This document shows positions 1 to 8,228 of a stretch of 64,000 bases of DNA, one piece after another (within the stretch, counting starts at the first letter, position 1; the number at the start of each line of letters is the position of its first letter). The DNA lies in contig JBAZZV010000004.1 of the NCBI GenBank assembly GCA_041658645.1, positions 112,552 to 176,551 of the forward strand, given 5' to 3'. The notes under the pieces are model-generated. The model saw nothing but the letters and a program-made list of their open reading frames with translations, was not told the DNA's origin and ran no database searches. A program made the position numbers and the translations under genes. Origin of the DNA: Candidatus Margulisiibacteriota bacterium. Lineage in GTDB: Bacteria; Margulisbacteria; WOR-1; O2-12-FULL-45-9; XYB2-FULL-48-7.

Positions 1-1
1 G

Positions 2-625
2 GAGCGCTTGCCGATCGTCGAAAAGTTGATCGGGCTTAGCGTGCCGGCTTATAAGGTCTCGAGCAAAGAGTTTGCCGCGCTATCGGAAGTTGATGCTCCG
101 CAAGGTGTCCTGGCGGTCGTCCGAACATTTCAGTCTAAGCTCGATGAGTTGTTAAAGGGCGCCAAGACTTTGATCGTTTACTGTGCCGGGATACAGGACC
201 CAGGGAACCTCGGGACTATTATTCGCTCGGCTGACGCTCTTGGGGCGACCGGAGTTATTCTTTCCAAAGGGACAGTTGACCTGTATAACCCGAAAGTCGT
301 TCGCTCAACGATGGGCTCTCTTTTTCACCTGCCGCTGGTGACGGTCGAGGACGACGCGGAAACCATCAAGCAATTAAAGAAGAATAATGTTAAAATTATT
401 GCTACATCGGCTGAAGCGGAAAAGAGTTGTTCTGACACCGAGCTAAAGGGACCGGTAGCAGTTTTGATCGGGAATGAAGGTGCCGGATTGGCCGAGGAAA
501 TCATTGAACTGGCAGATGAAGTGATCAAAGTTCCAATGGCAGGGAAGGCCGAATCGCTGAATGCCAGTGTGACCACGGCGATTTTGCTTTACGAGATATC
601 GAGGCAGCGTAGCGGCGGTCTTTAG
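2..625 (+). CDS. TrmH/SpoU-family RNA 2'-O-methyltransferase (5' end outside window)
   Basis: The frame is open to the window edge. SpoU motifs GNLGTIIRSADALGA, LIGNEGAGL and ESLNASVTTAILLYE are present, and the gene sits in the classic position upstream of pheST. The last codons and the TAG stop lie inside repeat 609..661. Confidence 0.85.
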   Translation, partial: ERLPIVEKLIGLSVPAYKVSSKEFAALSEVDAPQGVLAVVRTFQSKLDELLKGAKTLIVYCAGIQDPGNLGTIIRSADALGATGVILSKGTVDLYNPKVVRSTMGSLFHLPLVTVEDDAETIKQLKKNNVKIIATSAEAEKSCSDTELKGPVAVLIGNEGAGLAEEIIELADEVIKVPMAGKAESLNASVTTAILLYEISRQRSGGL

Positions 626-661
626 ACCGCCATTATTTGGCGACCTGAAGGTCGCCGCTAC
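609..661. repeat. Double-hairpin GTAG...CTAC palindromic element, copy 1
   Basis: Sequence is GTAGCGGCGGTCTTTAGACCGCCATTATTTGGCGACCTGAAGGTCGCCGCTAC. It forms two adjacent 7-bp hairpins (GGCGGTC/GACCGCC and GGCGACC/GGTCGCC) plus a 9-bp outer stem. A near-identical copy is at 46864..46917. Confidence 0.9.
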
Positions 662-674
662 ATTCCGAATTTTA

Positions 675-727
675 CCCCTCTCCCTCTGGGAGAGGGGGGG
701 CAGGTTTAGCGTTGGCGGGTGAGGGCT
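675..727. repeat. Right half of nested-palindrome element (hairpin CCCCTCTCCC/GGGAGAGGGG + right arm GGGTGAGGGC)
   Basis: It matches the right halves of the full elements at 29490..29650 and 32306..32427. Confidence 0.85.
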
Positions 728-736
728 TAAATATAA

Positions 737-1753
737 ATGGAAAATAAGATCAAACAACTGACGGATGAAGCATTAAACGTCATTGCCGGGGCGCAGACGG
801 TCGCGGCGCTTGATGAGGCGCGGATCCGCTTTGCCGGCAAGAGTAGCGAGTTAATGTCACTTCTCAAGTCGCTCGGTTCATTATCTCCTGAAGAGCGGCC
901 CAAGGTCGGCGCTCTGGTCAACGCGGCCAAGCACACGATCGAAGGGGCGCTTCGCGACCGCCACGATATTCTCCTGCAGGGTGAACAGTCGCAAAAGATC
1001 GCCGCGGAAAAAGTTGATGTCACATTGCCGGGGAAGGGGATCCGCCGCGGCAAGTATCATCCCTTAACCCAGGTTATGGAAGAAGCCAAAGGGATATTCT
1101 TCCGGCTCGGCTTCGAAACGGCCGAAGGACCGGAGGTTGAGACCGAATATTACAATTTCGATGGCCTGAACATTCCGCCGTATCATCCGTCACGCGATAT
1201 GTGGTCGACCTTCTTCATTAAGGACGATACTCTGCTCCGGACCCACACTTCGCCGGTCCAGGTCCGGGTGATGGAGAAAAGAAAGCCCCCGCTGGCGATC
1301 ATCGCTCCGGGACGCGTTTACCGCTGCGATTCTGACGCCACCCATTCGCCGGTCTTTCACCAGCTGGAAGGGTTTCTGGTCGATAAGAAGGTGACCTTCG
1401 GCGACCTGAAAGGGACGCTGACCGAATTTCTCCGCCAGATGTTTGGCCAAGAGCGGAATGTCCGTTTCCGGCCGAGCTTTTTCCCGTTCACCGAACCGTC
1501 GGCCGAGGTCGACGTCGAATGCATGATGTGCGCGGGAAAAGGGTGCCGGCTCTGCAAAGAGACCGGTTGGCTGGAGGTCCTTGGTTCCGGGATGATCGAC
1601 CCGAACGTTTTTAAGTCGGTCGGCTACGACCCGGAAAAGGTGAGCGGTTACGCTTTTGGCATGGGGATCGACCGGATCACCATGTTGAAATACGGTATTG
1701 ATGACATTCGTTTGCTTTACGAGAATGATCTCCGCTTTTTGGAACAATTTTAA
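737..1753 (+). CDS. pheS: Phenylalanine--tRNA ligase alpha subunit
   Basis: 338-aa ORF with class II aaRS motifs (RTHTSPVQVR, FRPSFFPFTEPSAEVD, GMGIDRITM). It abuts pheT (ATGA overlap at 1753). Confidence 0.97.
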   Translation: MENKIKQLTDEALNVIAGAQTVAALDEARIRFAGKSSELMSLLKSLGSLSPEERPKVGALVNAAKHTIEGALRDRHDILLQGEQSQKIAAEKVDVTLPGKGIRRGKYHPLTQVMEEAKGIFFRLGFETAEGPEVETEYYNFDGLNIPPYHPSRDMWSTFFIKDDTLLRTHTSPVQVRVMEKRKPPLAIIAPGRVYRCDSDATHSPVFHQLEGFLVDKKVTFGDLKGTLTEFLRQMFGQERNVRFRPSFFPFTEPSAEVDVECMMCAGKGCRLCKETGWLEVLGSGMIDPNVFKSVGYDPEKVSGYAFGMGIDRITMLKYGIDDIRLLYENDLRFLEQF

Positions 1754-3753
1754 TGAGAGTACCAATAGAGTGGCTAAAAGAGCTGATCAGTTTTCGCGCC
1801 AGTGCCGACCAACTGGCGGAAATGATGACGATGGCCGGCCTGGAGACGACCGTCCAGCCGAACGAGGTCCTCGAGATCGATATCCTCCCTAACCGGGCCG
1901 ACTGCTGGAGCGTCCGTGGGATTGCCCGCGAAGTTTCGGCTTTGACTAAATTCAAGGTCCATAAGGCCAAAGCCAAAGTTAAAGAAACTGGCCGGTCGAT
2001 CAAGGACGCGGTCAAAGTTGAAGTGCGCGATAAGGATCTCTGTCCCCGCTATATGGCGCGAGTGATCGAGAACGTTAAGCTCGGCGAATCGCCCGAATGG
2101 CTGAAAAAAAGGTTGGAGCTGGCCGGGATGCGGGCGATCAATAATGTCGTCGATGTGACCAATTATCTAATGCTCGAGCTCGGCCAGCCGATGCACGCCT
2201 TTGACGCCAACCTGGTCAAAGATAAGTTCATTATCGTTCGCCGGGCCAATCCGGGCGAAAAAGTTGTGACGCTGGACGGGAAAGAACACGAACTGCCGAG
2301 CGACGTGCTGGTCATCGCCGACCCGGATAAAACGATCGCAGTCGCCGGAACGATGGGCTGTGCCAATACCGAGGTAACTAACGCGACCAAAACGGTCATC
2401 CTTGAATCGGCTTACTTTAATTCCGTCTCCGTTAACCGGACATCCAAATTACTCAAGACCAGGACCGAGTCGTCCGTTCGTTTCGCTTACGGAGTTGACT
2501 GGGAGGCGGTGGAAGAGGCGCTCGATCGGGGTGCGGCGCTGATCGCCGAGCTGGGCCGGGGCGATGTCCTCAAAGGTAAGATCGATTCGATCGGCCAGGC
2601 GATGAAACCAAAAGTTATCGAATTGCGTCCCGAGCGGGTGAACGCCATCCTGGGGGCGGATATTACGGAAGGCGACATGATCAGCATCCTGAAACGGCTC
2701 GGTTTTGAGGTCAAGAAAGCTGAAGGCAAAAAACTAAAAGTCGAGATCCCGTTATTCCGGGCGATGGATATTGAGCGGGAGATCGACCTGGTGGAAGAGA
2801 TCGCGCGGATCTGGGGCTTTAACCGGATCGAACCGACCCTTCCCAACACTTCTTTTCCTGGCAAAGAGGTCGAGCGTTTCGACCCGTTCCTCGCTAAGGT
2901 CAGGGAAATACTGACCGGGGAAGGGTTGGATGAGGTCCAAAGCTACAGCCTGATCGGCCCGCGGGAACTGGCCCAGATCGGCTATCCGGCTGATCAAACG
3001 GTCAAAGTGTCCAATCCCCTGACTGTTGAGCAGTCGGTCCTCCGGCCGTTGCTTTTGCCCGGAATGCTTAATGTCCTGAAGCATAACCAGAACCGGCAGG
3101 TCGAGAATGTCATGATCTTTGAAATAGGGCGGGTCTTTAAACCGTCCAAAGAGAAACTGCCGCTGGAAGGGTGGCGGGTAACCGGACTCCTGTGCGGACG
3201 GCCTTTCATGTCGGCTCTGGACAAAGGTGAGGTCGATTATTTCTTTGTTAAAGGGGTCGTCGAGAACCTTCTGGCCGGTCTCGGTATAGAAATGCCGGCG
3301 ATCGCTCCGTCCGAACACGCGCTGCTCCAACCGGGGAAGGGGGCGGAACTGGCTGGGATCGGTCAGTTCGGAGCGCTTCATCCCGACATCGCGCGAAGAG
3401 CTGAATTGACCAAACCGGTTTTTTTCTTTGCCTTTGACCTCGACGCTCTGTTTAAATTAAAACCGGCCGAGGCCCGTTACCAGCCGTTGCCGAAATACCC
3501 AGCCGTCGATCGCGACATCTCGATGTTCATCCCGGCCGGCGTTTCGAACCAGCAGATCGTTGAGATGGTCGAGGCGATCGGAGGAGAGCTGGTCGAGGCG
3601 GTCTATCCCTTTGACAAGTTCAACGAGAGCATCGCTTACCGGATAATTTATCGTCACCCGGAGCGAACACTGACCGAAGAAGCGGTCAATGCCCGCCACC
3701 AGCTCGTTATTAAAGAACTGACCTCGACCCTCAACGTTCGGATAAGGATGTGA
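1753..3753 (+). CDS. pheT: Phenylalanine--tRNA ligase beta subunit, short form lacking the B2 OB-fold domain
   Basis: 666 aa. The B1 start MRVPIEWLKEL runs directly into the PNRADC motif, followed by B3/4, B5, the catalytic-like domain and a C-terminal FDX-ACB-like domain (YRIIYRHPERTLT). Confidence 0.95.
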   Translation: MRVPIEWLKELISFRASADQLAEMMTMAGLETTVQPNEVLEIDILPNRADCWSVRGIAREVSALTKFKVHKAKAKVKETGRSIKDAVKVEVRDKDLCPRYMARVIENVKLGESPEWLKKRLELAGMRAINNVVDVTNYLMLELGQPMHAFDANLVKDKFIIVRRANPGEKVVTLDGKEHELPSDVLVIADPDKTIAVAGTMGCANTEVTNATKTVILESAYFNSVSVNRTSKLLKTRTESSVRFAYGVDWEAVEEALDRGAALIAELGRGDVLKGKIDSIGQAMKPKVIELRPERVNAILGADITEGDMISILKRLGFEVKKAEGKKLKVEIPLFRAMDIEREIDLVEEIARIWGFNRIEPTLPNTSFPGKEVERFDPFLAKVREILTGEGLDEVQSYSLIGPRELAQIGYPADQTVKVSNPLTVEQSVLRPLLLPGMLNVLKHNQNRQVENVMIFEIGRVFKPSKEKLPLEGWRVTGLLCGRPFMSALDKGEVDYFFVKGVVENLLAGLGIEMPAIAPSEHALLQPGKGAELAGIGQFGALHPDIARRAELTKPVFFFAFDLDALFKLKPAEARYQPLPKYPAVDRDISMFIPAGVSNQQIVEMVEAIGGELVEAVYPFDKFNESIAYRIIYRHPERTLTEEAVNARHQLVIKELTSTLNVRIRM

Positions 3754-3756
3754 CCG

Positions 3757-6282
3757 ATGGCTGACCAAAGCCCGATGGTCAAGCAATACCAGGAGATCAA
3801 GGCCCTCCACCAGGACGCTATCCTGTTTTTCCGTCTGGGTGATTTTTATGAGATGTTTTATGAGGACGCGGCTCTGGCTTCTCGCGAATTAGACCTGACG
3901 CTGACCGGCCGCGGCAAGGATGACAACCGGATGCCGATGTGCGGGCTCCCTTACCACGCGGCCGAAGGTTATATCGCCAAGCTGATCGAGAAAGGTTACA
4001 AGGTCGCGATCTGCGAACAGGTCGAAGATCCCGCCCAGGCTAAAGGTTTGGTTAAGCGCGATATTGTCCGGATAGTTACCCCCGGGACGGTCTTCGAAGC
4101 CTCCATGCTGGCCGAGAAGAGCAGTAATTACCTGATGGCGGTCAACCACGATAAGGGGAACTTCGGTTTGGCTTACGTTGACGCGACCACCGGCGAGTTC
4201 AAACTGGCTGACTTTGCTTCGTTCACTCAGCTGGCGGATGAGATCGCGCGGGTCAGTCCTGCTGAATTGCTTGTTTCAGATGTTTTTCCGCAAAACCTGG
4301 AACCGCGACGTTCAGTCGCAGGTTCCAAGTATAAAGATATTTACGACGGCGCGACGGCCGGCGAGAAACTTCTCGAGCATTTCCAGGTCAGGTCGCTCGA
4401 ATCGTTCGGTTTAACGGGGAAAGAAACGGCGCTGGGTGCGGCGGCCGCCATTATCGATTATTTGAAAGAGACGCAGAAGACGCGCCTCGACCATATTAAC
4501 AAACTCCAATATTACCGCCCGGCCGATTTTATGTTCATCGATACAGTGACCCGGCGAAATTTAGAATTAGTCCAAACGGCCCGCGATAAATCGGCGCGGG
4601 GGAGCTTGCTCAATGTCCTTGACCGGACGCGGACGCCGATGGGAGGGCGCTTGCTCCGGCAATGGCTCCTCCAGCCGCTCTTGAATGTGGCGGCGATCAA
4701 TGCTCGTCTGGACGCGGTGGAAGAATTGTTCCATCACGGCTTGAACCGCGCCGAGTTGAGCGCCGGCCTGAAAGATATCTTCGACTTGGAACGGCTGACC
4801 GGAAAAATCGCCAACCGTTCGGCTAACGCCCGCGACCTGGTCGCCCTGAAAGAATCGCTTCGCCAGCTCCCCAAGATCCGCGCCATTCTCTCCCGCTGTC
4901 AGGCTAAACTGCTGACCGATGGCGTGCTGGCCAGTGATACGGAACATTTTTCCACGGTCATCCAGCTGGTTGACCAGGCCATTGTCCCCGAACCACCGCT
5001 CCTCCTGAAAGAGGGTGGTTTGATCCGGTCGGGATACAACGCTGAACTTGATGAACTGAAGAGCGCTTCCGGCGGCGGCCGGCAATGGATCGCGGAACTA
5101 GAGGCGCAGGAGCGCCAGCGGACCGGGATCAAGTCGCTCAAGGTTGGCTATACCAGGGTCTTCGGTTATTACATCGAGGTATCGAATTCCAACCTCGAGT
5201 GGGTGCCGACCGATTATATCCGCAAACAGACGCTGGTCAATGCCGAACGATTCATCACCCCGGAATTGAAAGAGAAAGAGTCGTTCATCCTCAATGCCGA
5301 CGAGCGCTTGCAAGAGTTGGAATACCAGCTCTTCGGCGCGGTGCGTGATGGGGTGGCGGCGCATGTGCGCCAACTGCAGACGATGGCGGCGAAAGTCGCC
5401 GAGATCGACGTTCTCCTCTCTTTAGCCGAAGTGGCGGTGGAGAACCGTTATTGCCGGCCAGTTTTTGAGGATGTAGGGACAGGGCTTGTCCCTGTCCGTG
5501 GACAGCCACAAGGGCTGTCCCTACATATAAAAGAATCCCGCCATCCGGTCGTCGAAAAAACTTTAGGCGAGTTCCAGTTCGTCCCCAACGATGTCCGAAT
5601 GGCCGATGATTCCCGCTTCCTCCTGATCACCGGACCGAATATGGGGGGGAAGTCGACTTACATGAGACAGGTGGCGCTGATCAGCCTGTTGGCGCAAATG
5701 GGTTCGTTCGTTCCGGCGCAGCAAGCGGAGTTATGCCTGGTCGACCGGATCTTTTCCCGGATCGGGGCGATGGACGATATTTATTCCGGACAGTCGACCT
5801 TTATGGTCGAAATGACCGAGACCGCCAATATCCTAAATAACGCGACCGAGAGGAGCCTGATCATCCTGGACGAGATCGGGCGGGGGACCTCCACTTTTGA
5901 CGGGATGTCGATTGCCGCGGCGGTGGCCGAGTTTATCCACCAGAAGATCGGCGCCAAGACACTGTTCGCTACTCACTACCACGAGCTCACCCAACTGGCC
6001 GAGAAACACCCGGGGATGAAGAATTTGAATTTGCTGGTCACGGAATCGGGCGACCAGGTGACTTTTCTGCGCAAAGTGGGTGAGGGGCCGGCGGACCGGT
6101 CATACGGCATCCAGGTGGCCAAGTTGGCCGGCTTACCGCCGGAAGTAGTGGCCCGGGCCAAGGAAGTCTACGCGACGCTGGAAATGGTCGAGAACGACCT
6201 CGGACAAAAAAAGCCCTCCACAATCAAGAAGAAATCAGGTAAAATAAGTCCGGTCACTAAGGCGCAAGCCAGTTTGTTTTGA
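3757..6282 (+). CDS. mutS: DNA mismatch repair protein MutS
   Basis: 841 aa. N-terminal TPMMKQY-like MVKQYQEIK, Walker A GPNMGGKST, STFMVEM and DEIGRGTST motifs are present. Confidence 0.97.
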   Translation: MADQSPMVKQYQEIKALHQDAILFFRLGDFYEMFYEDAALASRELDLTLTGRGKDDNRMPMCGLPYHAAEGYIAKLIEKGYKVAICEQVEDPAQAKGLVKRDIVRIVTPGTVFEASMLAEKSSNYLMAVNHDKGNFGLAYVDATTGEFKLADFASFTQLADEIARVSPAELLVSDVFPQNLEPRRSVAGSKYKDIYDGATAGEKLLEHFQVRSLESFGLTGKETALGAAAAIIDYLKETQKTRLDHINKLQYYRPADFMFIDTVTRRNLELVQTARDKSARGSLLNVLDRTRTPMGGRLLRQWLLQPLLNVAAINARLDAVEELFHHGLNRAELSAGLKDIFDLERLTGKIANRSANARDLVALKESLRQLPKIRAILSRCQAKLLTDGVLASDTEHFSTVIQLVDQAIVPEPPLLLKEGGLIRSGYNAELDELKSASGGGRQWIAELEAQERQRTGIKSLKVGYTRVFGYYIEVSNSNLEWVPTDYIRKQTLVNAERFITPELKEKESFILNADERLQELEYQLFGAVRDGVAAHVRQLQTMAAKVAEIDVLLSLAEVAVENRYCRPVFEDVGTGLVPVRGQPQGLSLHIKESRHPVVEKTLGEFQFVPNDVRMADDSRFLLITGPNMGGKSTYMRQVALISLLAQMGSFVPAQQAELCLVDRIFSRIGAMDDIYSGQSTFMVEMTETANILNNATERSLIILDEIGRGTSTFDGMSIAAAVAEFIHQKIGAKTLFATHYHELTQLAEKHPGMKNLNLLVTESGDQVTFLRKVGEGPADRSYGIQVAKLAGLPPEVVARAKEVYATLEMVENDLGQKKPSTIKKKSGKISPVTKAQASLF
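5473..5524. repeat. Double-hairpin GTAG...CTAC palindrome embedded in frame in mutS
   Basis: Sequence is GTAGGGACAGGGCTTGTCCCTGTCCGTGGACAGCCACAAGGGCTGTCCCTAC. It has a 10-bp outer stem and two 8-bp inner hairpins and encodes VGTGLVPVRGQPQGLSL. Confidence 0.8.
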
Positions 6283-6295
6283 AAGGAGTAAAGTA

Positions 6296-6709
6296 ATGAA
6301 GAAATTGTTAGTTGTCAGTTGTTTGTTGTTGGTCGTTAGTTCAGTCGCCTGCGCGGCAGTTCCCGAGATCGTTGGTGGGGTGCGCGATGGTTTGGCGATC
6401 GGCCTGCAACTAGAGAGCAGTGTGGCCAGAAATCTAACGATCAGGGGTGGGATCGAATTCGATTCCGGCTCTCAACCGGTCGTTGCTTTTCTCGGAGGGA
6501 AAATACCTTTGACCAGCTTAGGGCGGATGCCGTTAGCGCTCGGTTTGGGCCTGGTCGGGTATTTCGGGAACAACAAAAACGATGTCGGCTTTTCTCTCTC
6601 TTTTGTTTTTGCCCGTTTCCTGGATATTGAACCGCTCTTCCTGGAAGTCGGTGTTGACGTGGCCGGTCACGGCCGGCCGCTGGCCCAGCTCGGTTACAAG
6701 GTCTATTAA
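6296..6709 (+). CDS. Small secreted beta-rich (OMP-like) protein, paralog 1
   Basis: 137 aa with an RBS GGAG upstream and signal peptide MKKLLVVSCLLLVVSSVACA. It is a paralog of the next ORF and ends in LGYKVY. Confidence 0.75.
   Translation: MKKLLVVSCLLLVVSSVACAAVPEIVGGVRDGLAIGLQLESSVARNLTIRGGIEFDSGSQPVVAFLGGKIPLTSLGRMPLALGLGLVGYFGNNKNDVGFSLSFVFARFLDIEPLFLEVGVDVAGHGRPLAQLGYKVY
6305..6346. repeat. Degenerate heptamer array (TTGTTAG-type, about 6 units) encoding a signal-peptide core
   Basis: Units are TTGTTAG TTGTCAG TTGTTTG TTGTTGG TCGTTAG TTCAGTC. The unit family (GTYGTTA) is the same as at 61356..61411. Confidence 0.7.
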
Positions 6710-6711
6710 GC

Positions 6712-7173
6712 ATGAAAAAGGCGCTGACTTTAGCGCTGGCCTTGGTTGTCTTGAGCGGTTTGGCTTGGGCCAGCCATAATGAGATCACGGGTGGGTTCCG
6801 CAACGGGTTGGCGTTCGGATTAAAATACGAAGAGACCAAATTTGGCAGTCTGGCCTTGAACTACGGGCTGGAAGCGACGACCGGAGAGGATTTTTCCTTT
6901 ACCGGTGACAACCCTGTGATCCTTTTTGGCGGGGTAGAACTTCCTTTATTCGAACTTGGCCCCAGAAAAATGCCGACCTCGCTGGAACTGGGGTTGGTCG
7001 GTTATTCCGGCAATCAGTCGCAACTCGGTGTTTACGCCTCGGTCATGGTCGATAATTTAAATGGGATAGAGCCGCTCGATCTTGAGGTTGGTTATGATTA
7101 TTTTGGCGATCACGGCCACGTGACGCTCCAACTCGGTTATACTTTGGTCAGCGACCTGACGTCTACGCACTAA
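6712..7173 (+). CDS. Small secreted beta-rich (OMP-like) protein, paralog 2
   Basis: 153 aa with a signal peptide ending AWA. It shares GG(V/F)R(D/N)GLA(I/F)GL, LGLVGY and IEPL.LEVG.D blocks with ORF 6296..6709. Confidence 0.75.
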   Translation: MKKALTLALALVVLSGLAWASHNEITGGFRNGLAFGLKYEETKFGSLALNYGLEATTGEDFSFTGDNPVILFGGVELPLFELGPRKMPTSLELGLVGYSGNQSQLGVYASVMVDNLNGIEPLDLEVGYDYFGDHGHVTLQLGYTLVSDLTSTH

Positions 7174-8165
7174 TACCCGGGGACGACCTCAAAGCTGTCA
7201 TATTGGTGGTCAAAGATCATGACCAGCTGATTGAATATCTCGCCGTAGCTCTGTTTGCCAGTGCGGCGCTGCAGCTCGATCATCCACTGCGCGGGTGGCG
7301 CGGGGTCGCCCCGGCCGGCGCGCATTTGCATCAGCTCGATCAGGACAAGATGGTCGCCCGGCTCCTCGGTCAGCACGCGGCGCGCGGCCAGGGCAACTTC
7401 GGCCAGGCCGATCCTTTTGGTCAGAGTGTGGATCATCGCCAGTTGCCCGATGGTCGTAATGATATGACGGGTCTCGGGGTTGACCCGGATGGCGGTCAGT
7501 TCGCGGCGGGTCGTCTCGATCGTTTCATTGAACGATCTGGCGAGATAATCGCGCGGCAGGCAGGGTCCGCACAGGGTCTGATAAATGGTCTTAAGGCGAG
7601 CCAGGTTTTGCCCGTAGAGCTGGGTGGTGGCTGATAACATTTGATGTAAACTTTCTTCGTCCAGGTTGAGTTTTCTTTCCCGGAGGTACGAGTTGGTTAT
7701 GGCGACAGTGGCCGCGTCGACCAGTTCAGTAGTTTCGCCGGAGAAAAAGATGACCGGGGAGTGGCGTCCGGCTTTCCCGGTAGTCATCAGTTGGTAGAGG
7801 CCTTCGCCCAGGATCAGTGGGGCCAGCTCCAGGACCAGTCGCGGGCCGGCTTGAAGAAAAACGTGGATCTCCCGGCTATCCGGTTCGAGCTCGACGATCG
7901 ACCGGTTGTTGTCCCTGGCCTCGAGCCCGACCAGTAGTTCCAGCGGGAGATTGTTCCGGGTCAGGCGGTGGAAATTATCCAGGATGCCGTGCAGGTCTTG
8001 CAATAATTTTGAGACGTTCTTCTGGGTCCAGCCTGCGAAATAGAGCTTGGTCTGTCCCTGAAAAAGCTTGCTCGCGGCTTGTGTGTTGGCCGGGATGGCC
8101 AGGCATCGGTTACGGTCGATCTTATTGCTGGGCATGGTTACACTCTTATCGCTCCGCCGGGACAA
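7170..8165 (-). CDS. Hypothetical protein (no recognisable motif)
   Basis: 331-aa ORF with a TTG start at 8165 (alternative ATG at 8135). It is the longest ORF here and is not antisense to a recognisable gene. Its stop overlaps the stop of 6712..7173. Confidence 0.6.
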   Translation of the reverse strand: MSRRSDKSVTMPSNKIDRNRCLAIPANTQAASKLFQGQTKLYFAGWTQKNVSKLLQDLHGILDNFHRLTRNNLPLELLVGLEARDNNRSIVELEPDSREIHVFLQAGPRLVLELAPLILGEGLYQLMTTGKAGRHSPVIFFSGETTELVDAATVAITNSYLRERKLNLDEESLHQMLSATTQLYGQNLARLKTIYQTLCGPCLPRDYLARSFNETIETTRRELTAIRVNPETRHIITTIGQLAMIHTLTKRIGLAEVALAARRVLTEEPGDHLVLIELMQMRAGRGDPAPPAQWMIELQRRTGKQSYGEIFNQLVMIFDHQYDSFEVVPGY

Positions 8166-8179
8166 TGATTTCAGCTCAT

Positions 8180-8208
8180 TTGACAGTGAAAATAGCGGGG
8201 TGTACTAT
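8180..8208 (+). promoter_or_regulatory. Sigma70-type promoter TTGACA-17-TACTAT
   Basis: TTGACA at 8180..8185, a 17-nt spacer, and TACTAT at 8203..8208. RBS AGGAGG at 8215..8220 precedes the ATG at 8229. Confidence 0.6.
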
Positions 8209-8228
8209 ATGCGTCAGGAGGAAACGAA

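Noticed and set aside
626-736. Possible T-box or attenuator leader upstream of pheS.
   Set aside because: The region is fully accounted for by two repeat elements that recur elsewhere in unrelated contexts. I could find no specifier loop or T-box sequence.
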